Shown here piece by piece: positions 1 to 9,391 of a stretch of DNA of 64,000 nt (its first letter is position 1; the number at the start of each line of letters is the position of its first letter). Under the pieces are notes generated by a model that saw only the letters and a program-made list of their open reading frames with translations, searched no databases and was not told the origin of the DNA. The stretch is from assembly GCA_963825815.1 (NCBI GenBank), contig CAWGVB010000025.1:52419-116418 (forward strand), written 5' to 3'. A program made the translations under genes and the position numbers. The stretch comes from an uncultured Gemmatimonadales bacterium (lineage in GTDB: Bacteria > Gemmatimonadota > Gemmatimonadetes > Gemmatimonadales > GWC2-71-9).

Positions 1-228
1 GTCCGGGATGTTATGGCTGCCTCGGAGCACCAGACTTTCGAGGTCAACTGCGCCACTCACCCGGTGGACGCCGATCGATGTAATCCGGGACATACCTGCA
101 GCATCCGGCCGGTCTGGCATGCGCTCCAGCAGCGAGTGGACGAGCTGCTTGCCAGCATCTCTCTCGCCGATCTGATGAAGCAGGAAACCGAAGTCCAGGA
201 ACTGGTCGGGATCTCGTCAGCAAGCTGA
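1..228 (+). CDS. Rrf2-family (IscR/CymR-like) transcriptional regulator, C-terminal fragment; the 5' end lies outside the window
   Basis: Frame 1 is open from base 1 to TGA 226-228. The tail CATHPVDADRCNPGHTCSIRPVWHALQQRVDELLASISLADL has the three-Cys cluster followed by the W..L....L..SLADL helix typical of Rrf2 proteins. It sits directly upstream of a cysteine-synthesis cluster. Confidence 0.45.
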   Translation, partial: VRDVMAASEHQTFEVNCATHPVDADRCNPGHTCSIRPVWHALQQRVDELLASISLADLMKQETEVQELVGISSAS

Positions 229-250
229 CGCTCTTCGGTTGAGAAACTGA

Positions 251-277
251 GGCCCGACCCAGCGGTCGGGCCTTTTT
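251..277 (+). terminator. Rho-independent terminator after the Rrf2 gene
   Basis: GGCCCGACC-CAGC-GGTCGGGCC forms a 9-bp perfect stem (251-272) followed by TTTTT (273-277). Confidence 0.7.
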
Positions 278-294
278 GCATTGGGAGAGTCGGG

Positions 295-1215
295 ATGAAT
301 GCTGAACCGAGTGGGTCGGAGCCTCCGCTCTGGAGCGCGGTCGGCAACACGCCGCTGCTCCCCATCGCATTGGAAGCTTCTCGCGGAGCGCAGGTCCTGC
401 TCAAGGCTGAGTGGCTCAACCCGGGGGGAAGTGTGAAGGACCGCACTGCCCGCAGCATTCTCCGGGACGCCCTCTGCCGGGGCGAGTTGGCCGGCCGGCG
501 GCTGCTCGATGCCTCCAGCGGCAATACCGGGATTGCCTATGCGATGCTGGGTGCCGCCGCAGGAGTTGAGGTCACGATTTGCGTTCCGGCCAATGCCAGC
601 CCGGAGCGCCGCGCCCTGCTGGAGATCTACGGCGCGGAGGTCGTGCTGACCGACCGGCTGGAGGGGACCGATGGAGCGACCGAGCGGGCCCGCCAAATCG
701 TAGGGGAGGAGCCAGACCGCTACTACTTCGCCGACCAGTACAGCAATCCGGCCAACACAGCGGCGCACCGGGAAACCACCGGCCCGGAAATCTGGAGCCA
801 AACTGCAGGACGGATCACGCACTTCGTGGCGGCGATGGGAACGACCGGAACCATGATGGGAACGGGCGGGTTCCTGAAGGAGAAGAAGCCGGACATCCGG
901 CTCATCGGAGTGCAGCCGGACTCTCCGCTCCACGGGCTCGAGGGGCTCAAGCACTTGGCGACAACAGACCATCCGCCCGCGCTGTACAATCCCGGACTCC
1001 CCGACGCGGTAGCGGAGGTGTCTACCGAGGCGGCCGATCGGACCGCCCGCTGGCTGGCCCGGCACGCCGGATACCTGGTCGGCTGGTCCGCCGGGGCTGC
1101 CGTGGCCGCGGCGCTGGACATCGTGCGGGAGGAGCCGGACGCCTGTGTCGTTGTGATCGGGTGCGACTCGGGGGCGAGATATCTCAGTGACCTTCACCGT
1201 TGGAGGGTCACGTGA
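295..1215 (+). CDS. cysM: PLP-dependent cysteine synthase, CysM type
   Basis: 306-aa ORF with the NPGGSVKDR lysine motif, the SSGNTG loop and a C-terminal GCDSGARYLS. GGGAGA lies upstream of the ATG. Confidence 0.85.
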   Translation: MNAEPSGSEPPLWSAVGNTPLLPIALEASRGAQVLLKAEWLNPGGSVKDRTARSILRDALCRGELAGRRLLDASSGNTGIAYAMLGAAAGVEVTICVPANASPERRALLEIYGAEVVLTDRLEGTDGATERARQIVGEEPDRYYFADQYSNPANTAAHRETTGPEIWSQTAGRITHFVAAMGTTGTMMGTGGFLKEKKPDIRLIGVQPDSPLHGLEGLKHLATTDHPPALYNPGLPDAVAEVSTEAADRTARWLARHAGYLVGWSAGAAVAAALDIVREEPDACVVVIGCDSGARYLSDLHRWRVT

Positions 1216-1637
1216 CGTTGCGGGTCAGTGAGACGCTGCTGGGGTCGATTCATCGCGAGGGGGAGCGGGCCTACCCGGGGGAATGCTGCGGCGTGCTGGC
1301 GGGGCAACCGGGTGAGATCAAGCAGGTCCGCAGACTGCTCCCGGTGGTGAATCGCCGGGCAGACGACCCGCACCGGTATCTGATCGCCCCCGAGGATCTC
1401 CAGAGAGTCGAGGCCGAGGTTCGCCAGGCTGACCTCGAGGTGCTCGGGTTTTACCACTCGCACCCTGATCACCCGGCGGCGCCCTCGTCATTCGACGCCG
1501 AGCACGCCTGGCCCTGGTACAGTTATCTGATCGTGCGGGTCGACCGCGGACGCGCGGTCGAGGCCACCAGTTGGCAGCTGGCCGGCGATCGGTCGGCCAT
1601 GTTGCCGGAGTCTCTCGACGTATTCAATGAGGTCTGA
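1212..1637 (+). CDS. mec: JAMM/MPN+ zinc metallopeptidase (Mec+/CysO-hydrolase type)
   Basis: Has GECCGVLAG and an intact JAMM motif HSHPDHPAAPSSFD (HxHx7Sx2D). I place the start at GTG 1212, which forms a GTGA overlap with the cysM stop and has GGAGGG 5 nt upstream. The ORF track offers TTG 1200. Confidence 0.85.
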   Translation: MTLRVSETLLGSIHREGERAYPGECCGVLAGQPGEIKQVRRLLPVVNRRADDPHRYLIAPEDLQRVEAEVRQADLEVLGFYHSHPDHPAAPSSFDAEHAWPWYSYLIVRVDRGRAVEATSWQLAGDRSAMLPESLDVFNEV

Positions 1638-1639
1638 AT

Positions 1640-3070
1640 ATGTCTGTCACCGTGTCGATCCCCACGCCGCTGCGGAGCTTTACCGCCGGGCAGGACACCA
1701 TCCAGTTGTCGGGCCACACCGTGGGCGAGGTGCTGGATGGGCTGCTCGCCGCCCATATCGGCCTCAAGCGCCACCTGCTGCAGGACGACGGCCGGCTTCG
1801 GAACTTCGTCAACTTGTACTTGAACGAGACCGACATCCGGCATCTGTCCTCCACGGCTACACCGGTGCAGTCCGGGGATGTGCTCACCATCGTGCCCAGC
1901 ATCGCCGGGGGATCTCCGGCGCTGGGGAGCGAAGTCGCGCTGTCCCATGCTGAGGTCCTGCGTTATTCCAGACACCTGCTACTCCCAGAGGTGGGCATTG
2001 CCGGCCAACGCAAGCTCAAGTCGGCGCGGGTCCTCACGGTCGGTGCCGGGGGGCTAGGCTCGCCGCTGTCGCTCTATCTGGCGGCCGCGGGAGTGGGGAC
2101 GATCGGGATCGTGGACTTTGACGTGGTCGACCTGACGAACTTGCAGCGGCAGATCGTCCACGGCACGTCTACACTGGGTCAACCCAAGCTCGAGTCGGCC
2201 GAGGCTCGGCTGGGCGATGTGAATCCCAATGTGCGGATCGAGAAGCACGAGACGCGGCTGACCTCCCAAAACGCGCTCGAGATTCTGGGGGAGTACGACA
2301 TCATCGTGGATGGGACGGACAACTTCCCCACCCGGTATCTCGTCAACGATGCATGCGTGCTGCTCGGAAAGCCGAACGTCTACGGCAGCATCTTCCGCTT
2401 CGAGGGGCAGGCGTCGGTCTTCGATTCCCGTCAGGGTCCTTGCTACCGGTGTCTCTACTCCGAGCCACCCCCTCCGGGATTGGTCCCGAGCTGTGCTGAG
2501 GGAGGAGTACTCGGGGTCCTGCCTGGCATCATCGGGAGCATTCAGGCGCTGGAGACGATCAAGTGGATCATCGGCGCGGGCGACTCGCTCGTCGGGCGGC
2601 TCCTGCTGTTCGATGCCCTGAAGCTCCGCTTCCGCGAGCTCCAATTGCGGAAGGATCCCTCCTGCCCAGTCTGCGGAGAGCAGCCGAGCATTCGGGAGTT
2701 GATCGACTATGAGGCGTTCTGCGGAATCGGTGCGGAACCCGCCTATGACGGACCCGAAGTCACGGCTGAAGAGCTCAGCCGGGAAATGCAGCAGAAAGGT
2801 TCGGAGCTGGTTCTGATCGATGTGCGGGAGCCGCATGAGTGGGAAATCGCCCACATCGAGGGCGCGCGACTGATCCCGCTCGGCCAGCTGCCGGAGCGCC
2901 TTGGTGAGCTCGACGGTCACGCCGAGATCGTGACCCACTGCCATCACGGAGTTCGTTCCATGAAAGCGCTCCAGCTGCTCAAAGGCGCCGGCTTCAGCCG
3001 GGTTCGCAGCCTCGCGGGAGGAATCGATGCCTGGGCGGATCGGATTGAAGTAGGGATGCCCCGGTATTAG
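1640..3070 (+). CDS. moeZ: Fusion protein: MoaD/ThiS/CysO-like ubiquitin-fold sulfur carrier (aa 1-91, ending IAGG) + MoeZ/MoeB-type E1 adenylyltransferase + C-terminal rhodanese
   Basis: The N-terminal 91 aa end in VPSIAGG (GG at nt 1907-1912). After the linker SPALGSEV comes ALSHAEVLRYSRHLLLPEVG..VGAGGLGS..CYRC..CPVCG, which is collinear with M. tuberculosis MoeZ as I recall it. The rhodanese active site is CHHGVRS. The frame is continuous for 476 aa. Confidence 0.85.
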   Translation: MSVTVSIPTPLRSFTAGQDTIQLSGHTVGEVLDGLLAAHIGLKRHLLQDDGRLRNFVNLYLNETDIRHLSSTATPVQSGDVLTIVPSIAGGSPALGSEVALSHAEVLRYSRHLLLPEVGIAGQRKLKSARVLTVGAGGLGSPLSLYLAAAGVGTIGIVDFDVVDLTNLQRQIVHGTSTLGQPKLESAEARLGDVNPNVRIEKHETRLTSQNALEILGEYDIIVDGTDNFPTRYLVNDACVLLGKPNVYGSIFRFEGQASVFDSRQGPCYRCLYSEPPPPGLVPSCAEGGVLGVLPGIIGSIQALETIKWIIGAGDSLVGRLLLFDALKLRFRELQLRKDPSCPVCGEQPSIRELIDYEAFCGIGAEPAYDGPEVTAEELSREMQQKGSELVLIDVREPHEWEIAHIEGARLIPLGQLPERLGELDGHAEIVTHCHHGVRSMKALQLLKGAGFSRVRSLAGGIDAWADRIEVGMPRY

Positions 3071-3082
3071 GTTTTCGCGCTC

Positions 3083-3166
3083 GCCGAAGTGGTGGAACTG
3101 GTAGACGCGCTGCGTTCAGGGCGCAGTGGGCGCAAGCCCGTGCGGGTTCGAGTCCCGCCTTCGGCA
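3083..3166 (+). tRNA. tRNA-Leu (anticodon CAG), class II with long variable arm
   Basis: Acceptor stem GCCGAAG/CTTCGGC, anticodon stem-loop CTGCG-TTCAGGG-CGCAG, long variable arm, T arm GCGGGTTCGAGTCCCGC, discriminator A. No encoded CCA. Confidence 0.9.
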
Positions 3167-3177
3167 TGAGGAACCTG

Positions 3178-3230
3178 AAAAGACGGGAAGGACGGGAAAG
3201 ACGGCCTTACTTCCCGACCTTCCCGTCTTT
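3178..3230. repeat. GGGAAG-type long hairpin downstream of tRNA-Leu
   Basis: AAAGACGGGAAGGACGGGAAAG (3178-3199) pairs with CTTCCCGACCTTCCCGTCTTT (3210-3230). That gives about 21 bp with one mismatch and one bulge, and a 10-nt loop. It shares the GGGAAG core with the elements at 36408, 37995 and 54026. Confidence 0.6.
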
Positions 3231-3275
3231 CCCTTCCTTCCCACCTTGGCTTATCCTTTGCTTAGGATACCCCTC

Positions 3276-3761
3276 GTGAGCCGCGAACTTACCCCACCCG
3301 CCGAGCGGAAGCAGTCGGTCGCCCGGAATCCGAAGGCGACCCACGACTACCATATTCTCGAGACCTGGGAGACGGGCATTGTGCTGACCGGGACCGAGGT
3401 CAAGTCTCTGCGGAACGGCAAGGCATCGATTCGGGAGGCCTACGCCCGAGTGAGAAATGGGGAGGTCTTCCTGGACGGGATGAACATCACGCCCTACGAG
3501 CAGGGGAATCGCTACAATCATGATCCGGTCCGAACCCGTAAGCTGCTCCTGCATCGCCGGGAGATCGAGAAGTTGATTGGAGCAGTCGAGCAACGCGGGC
3601 TCACCCTGGTCCCACTCGAGCTCTACTTCAAGAACGGACGCGCCAAGGTGGCGCTGGCCCTGGGCAAGGGCAAGAAACAGCACGACAAGCGTGAAGCGAT
3701 CAAGCGCAAGATCCAGGAGCGCGAAGTCGCTCGCGCCGTTTCGGTTCGGGGACGCCGGTGA
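3276..3761 (+). CDS. smpB: SsrA-binding protein SmpB
   Basis: [63 protein letters not shown] is an SmpB signature. I use GTG 3276 because the track ORF (from 3126) overlaps the tRNA. Confidence 0.9.
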   Translation: MSRELTPPAERKQSVARNPKATHDYHILETWETGIVLTGTEVKSLRNGKASIREAYARVRNGEVFLDGMNITPYEQGNRYNHDPVRTRKLLLHRREIEKLIGAVEQRGLTLVPLELYFKNGRAKVALALGKGKKQHDKREAIKRKIQEREVARAVSVRGRR

Positions 3762-5080
3762 TCCTGGTCCTGGCCCTGCTCGCGACGCTGGCCGGCACGG
3801 ATACGGTGCCCGGTGTCGTGGTCGTTGCCGGAAGCAAAGGGGAGGCGCGGATTCCGGTGCGGGCCGACGAGAACGGCGGTCCGGTCTTGCCGGCGGCGGC
3901 TCTCATGTCGGCCCTGGATGGCTCGGCCAAGGTCGTCGAGGGTTGGGCCGAGGTTGCTGTGGGCTCCCAGAACTTTCGTTTCCTGGTAGGGACGCCGCTC
4001 TGCTTCTGCGGCAACCGTCTGCGGCCGCTTGCGGGTGGGGCGTCGGTCACGCGGGATACGCTGTATCTACCCTTGCAGTTCATTGCGGAGATCCTGCCGG
4101 CATCGCAGGGAAGCCGCTTTCGGTACGACGGTGCCCGCGCCCGCCTCAGCGTGGCGGGCGCAGCGGACCGGCCGCCGGTGGCGCGGGGAACGCCCCCCGC
4201 GGAGTCCAGACTTCCCAACGGACTCCGCCCCGGGCATTTGGTCACCCTCGACCCCGGCCATGGAGGAGTGGACCCAGGGAACCCTGGGGTCTTCTTTCCC
4301 CGCGGGACCAAGGAGAAGGACGTCACCCTCCAGGTTGGACTGCTCCTGCGCAACGAGCTGAAACGTCGGGGCGTGGGCGTGAACATGACCCGCACGGCTG
4401 ATACCCTGATCGCTCTGGGAGACCGGGGCAGCTACTGCACCGAGTCGTGCGATCTCTTCGTCAGCCTCCACGTGAATTCGCTGGCCCGGCGCCACGGCTA
4501 CACCGACATTCGCGGCTTCGAGACGTACTTCCTGGCCGAGGCGAGGACGGAAGACGCGGCTCGGGTGGCGCAGATGGAAAACGAAGCTGTACGCTTCGAG
4601 ACCAATGCCCCGTCGGGTGAAGCCGGAATGGGCCTGGATTTCATATTGAAAGATCTCCAGCTGAACGAGCATCTTCGCGAATCGGCGCGTGCTGCCGAAC
4701 TGGTCCAGCGCCAGCTGAAGACGGTGCATACGGGGGACAGCCGCGGGGTCAAGCAGGCGGGATTCATGGTTCTGACCACCGCCCGCCGGCCGGCCATTCT
4801 GGTGGAACTAGGCTACAGCACGAACCCCGAAGACGGCCGGTTTCTCACCAGCTACGCCGGCCAGAAGGCCATGGCCGCGGCACTGGCCGACGCCATCGTC
4901 GAGTATCTGCTCGAATATCAGCGTAAGACCGAGCCCGTGGTCGAGCGCAGGAGGGCTGAAGTGAGCGCGGGTAACCGTCTCCGCCGATGTCATCCTCGCG
5001 GTGAGCCTGACTGCGACGGCCGGATGCGTCTATTACAACGGCATGTACAACGCCAATCGGCTGGCCAACTCAGCCCGTAA
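3758..5080 (+). CDS. N-acetylmuramoyl-L-alanine amidase (Amidase_3, AmiC-like); 3' end uncertain
   Basis: [59 protein letters not shown] 3758 forms a GTGA overlap with the smpB stop. The last ~40 codons look non-homologous and overlap the next gene's signal peptide. Confidence 0.75.
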   Translation: MILVLALLATLAGTDTVPGVVVVAGSKGEARIPVRADENGGPVLPAAALMSALDGSAKVVEGWAEVAVGSQNFRFLVGTPLCFCGNRLRPLAGGASVTRDTLYLPLQFIAEILPASQGSRFRYDGARARLSVAGAADRPPVARGTPPAESRLPNGLRPGHLVTLDPGHGGVDPGNPGVFFPRGTKEKDVTLQVGLLLRNELKRRGVGVNMTRTADTLIALGDRGSYCTESCDLFVSLHVNSLARRHGYTDIRGFETYFLAEARTEDAARVAQMENEAVRFETNAPSGEAGMGLDFILKDLQLNEHLRESARAAELVQRQLKTVHTGDSRGVKQAGFMVLTTARRPAILVELGYSTNPEDGRFLTSYAGQKAMAAALADAIVEYLLEYQRKTEPVVERRRAEVSAGNRLRRCHPRGEPDCDGRMRLLQRHVQRQSAGQLSP

Positions 5081-6409
5081 GGCGGAGCACGACGGCCGAA
5101 CCTTCGAGGCCAACAATCTTTGGGGTCAGGTAGCCACCAAGGCCGAGTCGGTCGTAGTACGTCACCCCAAGAGCAAGTACGCGGAACAGGCCGAGCTGCT
5201 TCGGGGTGTGGCTCTGGCTCGACTGGGTCAGTGCGATCAGGCACTGGGTCCCCTCGGCCGATTGACAACCACGACTCGCTCTTCGCCGGAACTGGTCGAG
5301 GATGCCCTGCTGTCCACCGGGCGCTGTCAGATGGCTTCAGGCAATCTCGCCGCTGGCGATGCAGCGTTCATTCAGTTGCTGCAGAGCAGTAACCCGGACC
5401 GCCGCCGGGAAGCTCGCTTCCAGCACGCGCAGGGTCCTACGGGCGGCCGGCCAGTACGAGGAGGCCTTACGCGTTCTCGAAGGAGTGTACGAGCCTCGGG
5501 CCCAGACCGAGCGGATGTTGGCGCTGGCTGGCGCTGGTCGGGTGGCCTGAGGCGCTGGCGCTGAGCGACTCGCTGATTTTCCATGGCGATTCCACCAAGC
5601 GTTGGGACTCGGTTCTGGTGATCATGGCACAAGAGAATCCGGTCGCGGCTTCGGGCTTGGTGGACCGGGTGCAGCGTCTTCCCAAACGCACCCCCGAGTT
5701 ACAGGCGCGTACCTTCCTGGATGACGGGCTTCGGCTCAGCTCCATCGATACCGCTCGCGCCGCACGCCGCTTCCGGGAAGCGCTGACGGTTGGAGGGAAA
5801 GGTGAGTCGGCAGGTCGGGCGGGTCTGGCCCTGATCAAGCTGCGCCTGGCCTCACTGAACAATCCAGCTGATCTGCCCTCGATCATAGATAGCTTGAAGC
5901 AGCTCGCCCTGCGGTTCGAAGGCAGGGCTGACGAAGTCGATCGATTTGCCGCCAGCGTCTCCGAAGTCGATTCCGCGGCCAGAACGGCGACACCCACGAC
6001 GCCACAGGGAGATCTCCGGCTATTTCTGGCTGCGGAGTCCGCCCGGGAAATCCTCAAGGCACCCAGGATAGCAGAGTCCCTCTTCCGCCGAATTCCGGAG
6101 CAATGGCCATTTTCGGCTTATGCTCCCAAAGCCATCCTGGCCGCCCAACAGTTGAATCCGGAATGGGTCGATAGCGCCCGCACCATCCTCGACCAGCAGT
6201 ACTATGACAGCCCGTACGTGGTCGCCATTCAGGGCGAGGCCACGTCCGAGTACCGTCAGCTGGAGGATTCACTAGGGGCGTTTGCCGCCTCGTTGGCGGT
6301 CCGCCGGGCACCGACGCCAGGCGCTCGGCGGAAATTCGTTCCACCCCTCCAGCCGGGTCGTCGCCGCCAGCCTGCCGCAGGAGGGTCCAAGGTTCCCGAG
6401 CCCCAGTGA
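4961..6409 (+). CDS. Hypothetical TPR-like lipoprotein, reconstructed across several frame changes
   Basis: Pieces are 5001-5564, 5302-5550 and 5618-6409. The lipobox-like LTATAGC is preceded by a basic stretch in the amidase frame. The pieces join sensibly (..NPDRRREARFQHAQ / ..LRAAGQYEEALRVLEG / ..LIFHGDSTKRWDSVLVIMAQ). I recognise no family. Confidence 0.35.
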
Positions 6410-7282
6410 ACTCTCTCTCCCTCGAGCGAGAGCTGTTCGGCCAACGGTTCCAGAATCCGCTTCTTCTCGCCGCGGGGACCGCCGGCTTCGGCCGCGAGCT
6501 CGACGGAGTGCTCAGGCTCGATCGACTCGGCGGTATCATCACCAAGGCAGTCTCTTTGCAGCCGCGACACGGAAACGCCCCACCGCGGGTGGCGGAGTTC
6601 ACCGGGGGCATGCTGAATTCGATCGGCTTGGCCAATCCGGGGGTGGAGTCGGTTCGGCGGGAGGCGCTTCCCTGGCTCTCCAGGCATTTGACCCGGGCGC
6701 AAGTCCTGGTCAACGTCGTCGGGTTCACGGTGGATGAATACGCTGAGGTGGTGCGGCGGTTGGACGGATCGTCCCCGATCGCCGCCTTCGAGTTGAATCT
6801 TTCCTGCCCCAATACCTCGGCCGGTGGGATTGAGTTCGGCGCCGATTCCGGTTGCGTTCAGCGGATCGTGGCTGCCTGCCGGGCGACGCACCAAGCTTCC
6901 ACTCGTGGCCAAGCTGTCGCCCCTGCTTCCCGATATCGGAGGGATGGCCGTCGTGGCAAGGGATGCGGGCGCCGATGCGGTCAGTGCGGTGAACACCATA
7001 CCCGGAATACTCTACGGCAATGCCGGTGAAGCCCGACTGGGCCACGGCAGCGGTGGCGTGAGCGGACCGCCGCTGCTGCCGGTTGGAGTGCTGGCAGTTT
7101 CGCGCATCCTCGATCGCACCGGTGGAATTCCAGTGATCGGTGTCGGTGGAGTGCGATCAGCCGACGATGTGCGGCAGTACTTACGGGCCGGCGCATCGCT
7201 GGTGGCCATGGGTACCGGCGCGCTGGCCGATCCACGACTACCTGAGAGGATCGTGCGAGACCTGGAGGGTGGGGGTGGCTGA
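6406..7282 (+). CDS. pyrD: Dihydroorotate dehydrogenase (class 1, PyrD), one frame change near 6890
   Basis: FQNPLLLAAGTAGFG..GGIITKAVS..NSIGLANPG..ELNLSCPN in ORF 6406-7029 continues as KLPLVAKLSP..SAVNT..GGVSGP..PVIGVGG in ORF 6824-7282. Confidence 0.85.
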
Positions 7283-7967
7283 GTTAATTCTGGCTTTGGA
7301 CACTCCGCGCGGCGACGATGCCCTTGCGCTGCTGGATCGGCTTCCGCCACTTCGATGGGTCAAGGTCGGCTCCATAATCATGACTCGGGAAGGGCCCGAG
7401 TTCGTCCGCCGGCTGATCGAGCGTGGCCTCGATGTTTTTCTCGATCTCAAGTGGCACGACATTCCGAACACCGTTGCTGGTGCAGTGAGCTCGGCCCGGG
7501 ACCTGGGCGTGAGTATGGCCACCGTCCACGTACTTGGAGGCAAGGCGATGCTCGAGGCGGCGGTCACGGCTTCAGCAGGTGAGCTCGCCCTGGTCGGGGT
7601 CACCGTGCTTACCTCCCATGACGCGGCTTCCTACGAGCACGCGCTGGGCAGAGCATCGGTGAATCTGGCAGCCGAAGTCGAGCGGCTGGGTCAAGTGGCG
7701 ATCGCCGCCGGGTTGCAGGGACTGGTATGCTCGCCCAGCGAGGTATCGGTCTTGCGTGAGCGGCTAGGGCCGAAGCCCTTTCTGGTGGTTCCGGGGATCA
7801 GAAGGGGCTCAGATGCCAGGGGAGACCAGGTTCGGGTGTCCTCCCCGGAGGACGCCATCAGGCATGGAGCTACGCACCTGGTAGTCGGCCGACCGGTGCT
7901 TCAGGCCGCGAATCCACGCGCAGTTTTGGAAGAGCTCATGAAGGAGGCGGGGTGCGTCATATCGTAA
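7275..7967 (+). CDS. pyrF: Orotidine-5'-phosphate decarboxylase
   Basis: LILALDTP..VKVG..FLDLKWHDIPNTV..TVHVLGG..LVVPGIR..VVGRPV. GTG 7275 overlaps the pyrD stop by 8 nt. Confidence 0.85.
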   Translation: MAELILALDTPRGDDALALLDRLPPLRWVKVGSIIMTREGPEFVRRLIERGLDVFLDLKWHDIPNTVAGAVSSARDLGVSMATVHVLGGKAMLEAAVTASAGELALVGVTVLTSHDAASYEHALGRASVNLAAEVERLGQVAIAAGLQGLVCSPSEVSVLRERLGPKPFLVVPGIRRGSDARGDQVRVSSPEDAIRHGATHLVVGRPVLQAANPRAVLEELMKEAGCVIS

Positions 7968-8368
7968 TGGCCATGGTACTGGCCGCGGCCCCTGCGCTCG
8001 GAAACGCTCAGGGCAACGACCTGGATCAGGCTGCCGAGAAGGCCCGGCAGGCGTGGTTTGCTCACAATACGGCCGCCCTCGTTGCCGAGAGCCCCCGTCT
8101 CTTGATCCAGCTGCCGGGCGCCGAACCGTCGGTGGCGCTGGGGCCGGACCAGGCTGCAGCCCTCCTCTCGAACTTTCTATCCAACGGCCAGGAGGTGGAG
8201 ACGGTGGTCCGGGCAGCGCGTGAGGTGGCACCCAGCCAAGGGTATGTCGAGCTCCAGAGGAAATACCGCGTTGTCGGAACCCAGAACGTGCGGACCCAGG
8301 TTCTCCTGTTGGGGTACCGCCGAAGTCCGGGAGGGTGGACGCTGGTCGAGTTCCGGGCGGTGGGCTGA
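7952..8368 (+). CDS. Hypothetical secreted protein (possibly an NTF2-like/DUF4783-like fold)
   Basis: 138-aa ORF with the signal peptide MRHIVMAMVLAAAPALGNAQG. The family assignment is from memory only. Confidence 0.45.
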   Translation: MRHIVMAMVLAAAPALGNAQGNDLDQAAEKARQAWFAHNTAALVAESPRLLIQLPGAEPSVALGPDQAAALLSNFLSNGQEVETVVRAAREVAPSQGYVELQRKYRVVGTQNVRTQVLLLGYRRSPGGWTLVEFRAVG

Positions 8369-8397
8369 GGGCGGCTTTCTCGATGCACAGTCTCGAC

Positions 8398-8426
8398 TTG
8401 CCTCACAGGGAGGTCACTTCTATATT
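8398..8426 (+). promoter_or_regulatory. Candidate sigma70-type promoter for the rpmJ-rpsM-rpsK-rpoA-rplQ operon
   Basis: TTGCCT (8398-8403), a 17-nt spacer, then TATATT (8421-8426), about 36 nt upstream of the rpmJ GTG. It is an AT-rich hexamer in a GC-rich background. Confidence 0.35.
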
Positions 8427-8461
8427 GCCCTGCTAGCCCTAAACCTGGCCCGGAGAGAAGC

Positions 8462-8578
8462 GTGAAGGTTCGTTCCAGCGTCAAGCCGATTTGCGAGCAC
8501 TGCAAGGTCATCAAGCGACAAGGCGTGGTCCGCATCATCTGCAAGCGCAATCCCAAGCACAAACAGCGGCAAGGCTGA
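8462..8578 (+). CDS. rpmJ: 50S ribosomal protein L36
   Basis: [38 protein letters not shown]. It is not in the ORF track (38 aa), and GAGAGAAG lies upstream. Confidence 0.9.
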   Translation: MKVRSSVKPICEHCKVIKRQGVVRIICKRNPKHKQRQG

Positions 8579-8580
8579 TC

Positions 8581-8961
8581 ATGGCACGTATTGCTGGCGT
8601 GGATCTCCCGCGCGAGAAGCGGGTCGAGATCGCGCTCACCTACATCTTCGGAATTGGCCGGCCCACCAGCAGCCGCATTCTGGGGGAGACGGGCGTCAAT
8701 CCGGACACCCGCGTGCGCGATCTTTCGGACGCGGAAGTGGCGCGCCTTCGCCAAATGATCGAGCGGTCGGTCAAGGTGGAAGGAGCGCTCCGCACCGAAG
8801 TCGCCATGAACATCAAGCGGCTGATGGACATCGGGAGCTATCGGGGCATTCGGCATCGCCGCGGTCTTCCGGTCCGGGGCCAGCGGACTCACACCAACGC
8901 AAGGACCAAGAAGGGTCCCCGGCGCGCTATTGCCGGCAAGAAGAAAGTGACGAAGAAGTAA
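8581..8961 (+). CDS. rpsM: 30S ribosomal protein S13
   Basis: [52 protein letters not shown] 8581 is used; the track ORF is extended at the N-terminus. Confidence 0.95.
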   Translation: MARIAGVDLPREKRVEIALTYIFGIGRPTSSRILGETGVNPDTRVRDLSDAEVARLRQMIERSVKVEGALRTEVAMNIKRLMDIGSYRGIRHRRGLPVRGQRTHTNARTKKGPRRAIAGKKKVTKK

Positions 8962-8962
8962 G

Positions 8963-9364
8963 ATGACCGCGCCAACACCGGCCAAGGCCCCCAGTCCCAA
9001 GCGCTCGAAGAAGGTGGTCGACTCCGAGGGGATCGCGCACATCTCGGCCACATTCAACAACCTGCTCATCACCATCACCGACATGCGGGGCAATACCCTC
9101 GCCTGGGGTTCGGCGGGGAAGGCCGGGTTCAAGGGCTCCAAGAAGTCCACACCATTCGCGGCCACCGTGGCGGCGGAAAACTGTGGACGCGAAGCCATGA
9201 ACCTCGGGCTTCGGCGGGTGCACGTTCGGGTTCAGGGACCGGGCAGCGGACGCGAGTCGGCCATTCAGGCCCTCGCCTCGGTGGGACTTCGGGTGGTTTC
9301 CATCCGCGATGTCACCCCTATTCCGCATAACGGCTGCCGTCCGCCCAAGAAGCGGCGGGTGTAG
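8963..9364 (+). CDS. rpsK: 30S ribosomal protein S11
   Basis: [61 protein letters not shown]. Confidence 0.95.
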   Translation: MTAPTPAKAPSPKRSKKVVDSEGIAHISATFNNLLITITDMRGNTLAWGSAGKAGFKGSKKSTPFAATVAAENCGREAMNLGLRRVHVRVQGPGSGRESAIQALASVGLRVVSIRDVTPIPHNGCRPPKKRRV

Positions 9365-9391
9365 TAACTCTAGACTGGAGCATCACACGAA

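Noticed and set aside
3126-3275. N-terminal extension of smpB offered by the ORF track (start 3126), which would overlap tRNA-Leu and the hairpin.
   Set aside because: The extension overlaps the tRNA gene and the 21-bp hairpin and has no SmpB homology. GTG 3276 gives a normal-length SmpB.
3083-5080. tRNA-Leu followed by smpB as a possible genomic-island integration site.
   Set aside because: No integrase, no direct repeat of the tRNA 3' end and no foreign-looking genes follow. The downstream genes are core cell-wall and pyrimidine functions with the same composition.
8062-9198. Long antisense ORFs opposite well-supported genes, for example 8062-9198(-), 20400-21464(-), 58636-59790(-), 61443-62897(-), 10688-11494(-) and 42217-42804(-).
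   Set aside because: They lie opposite ribosomal-protein, ugd, pepP/efp and accC genes whose products are unmistakable. Their translations are Arg/Pro/Gly-rich with no family resemblance. Stop-free shadow frames like these are expected in GC-rich DNA.
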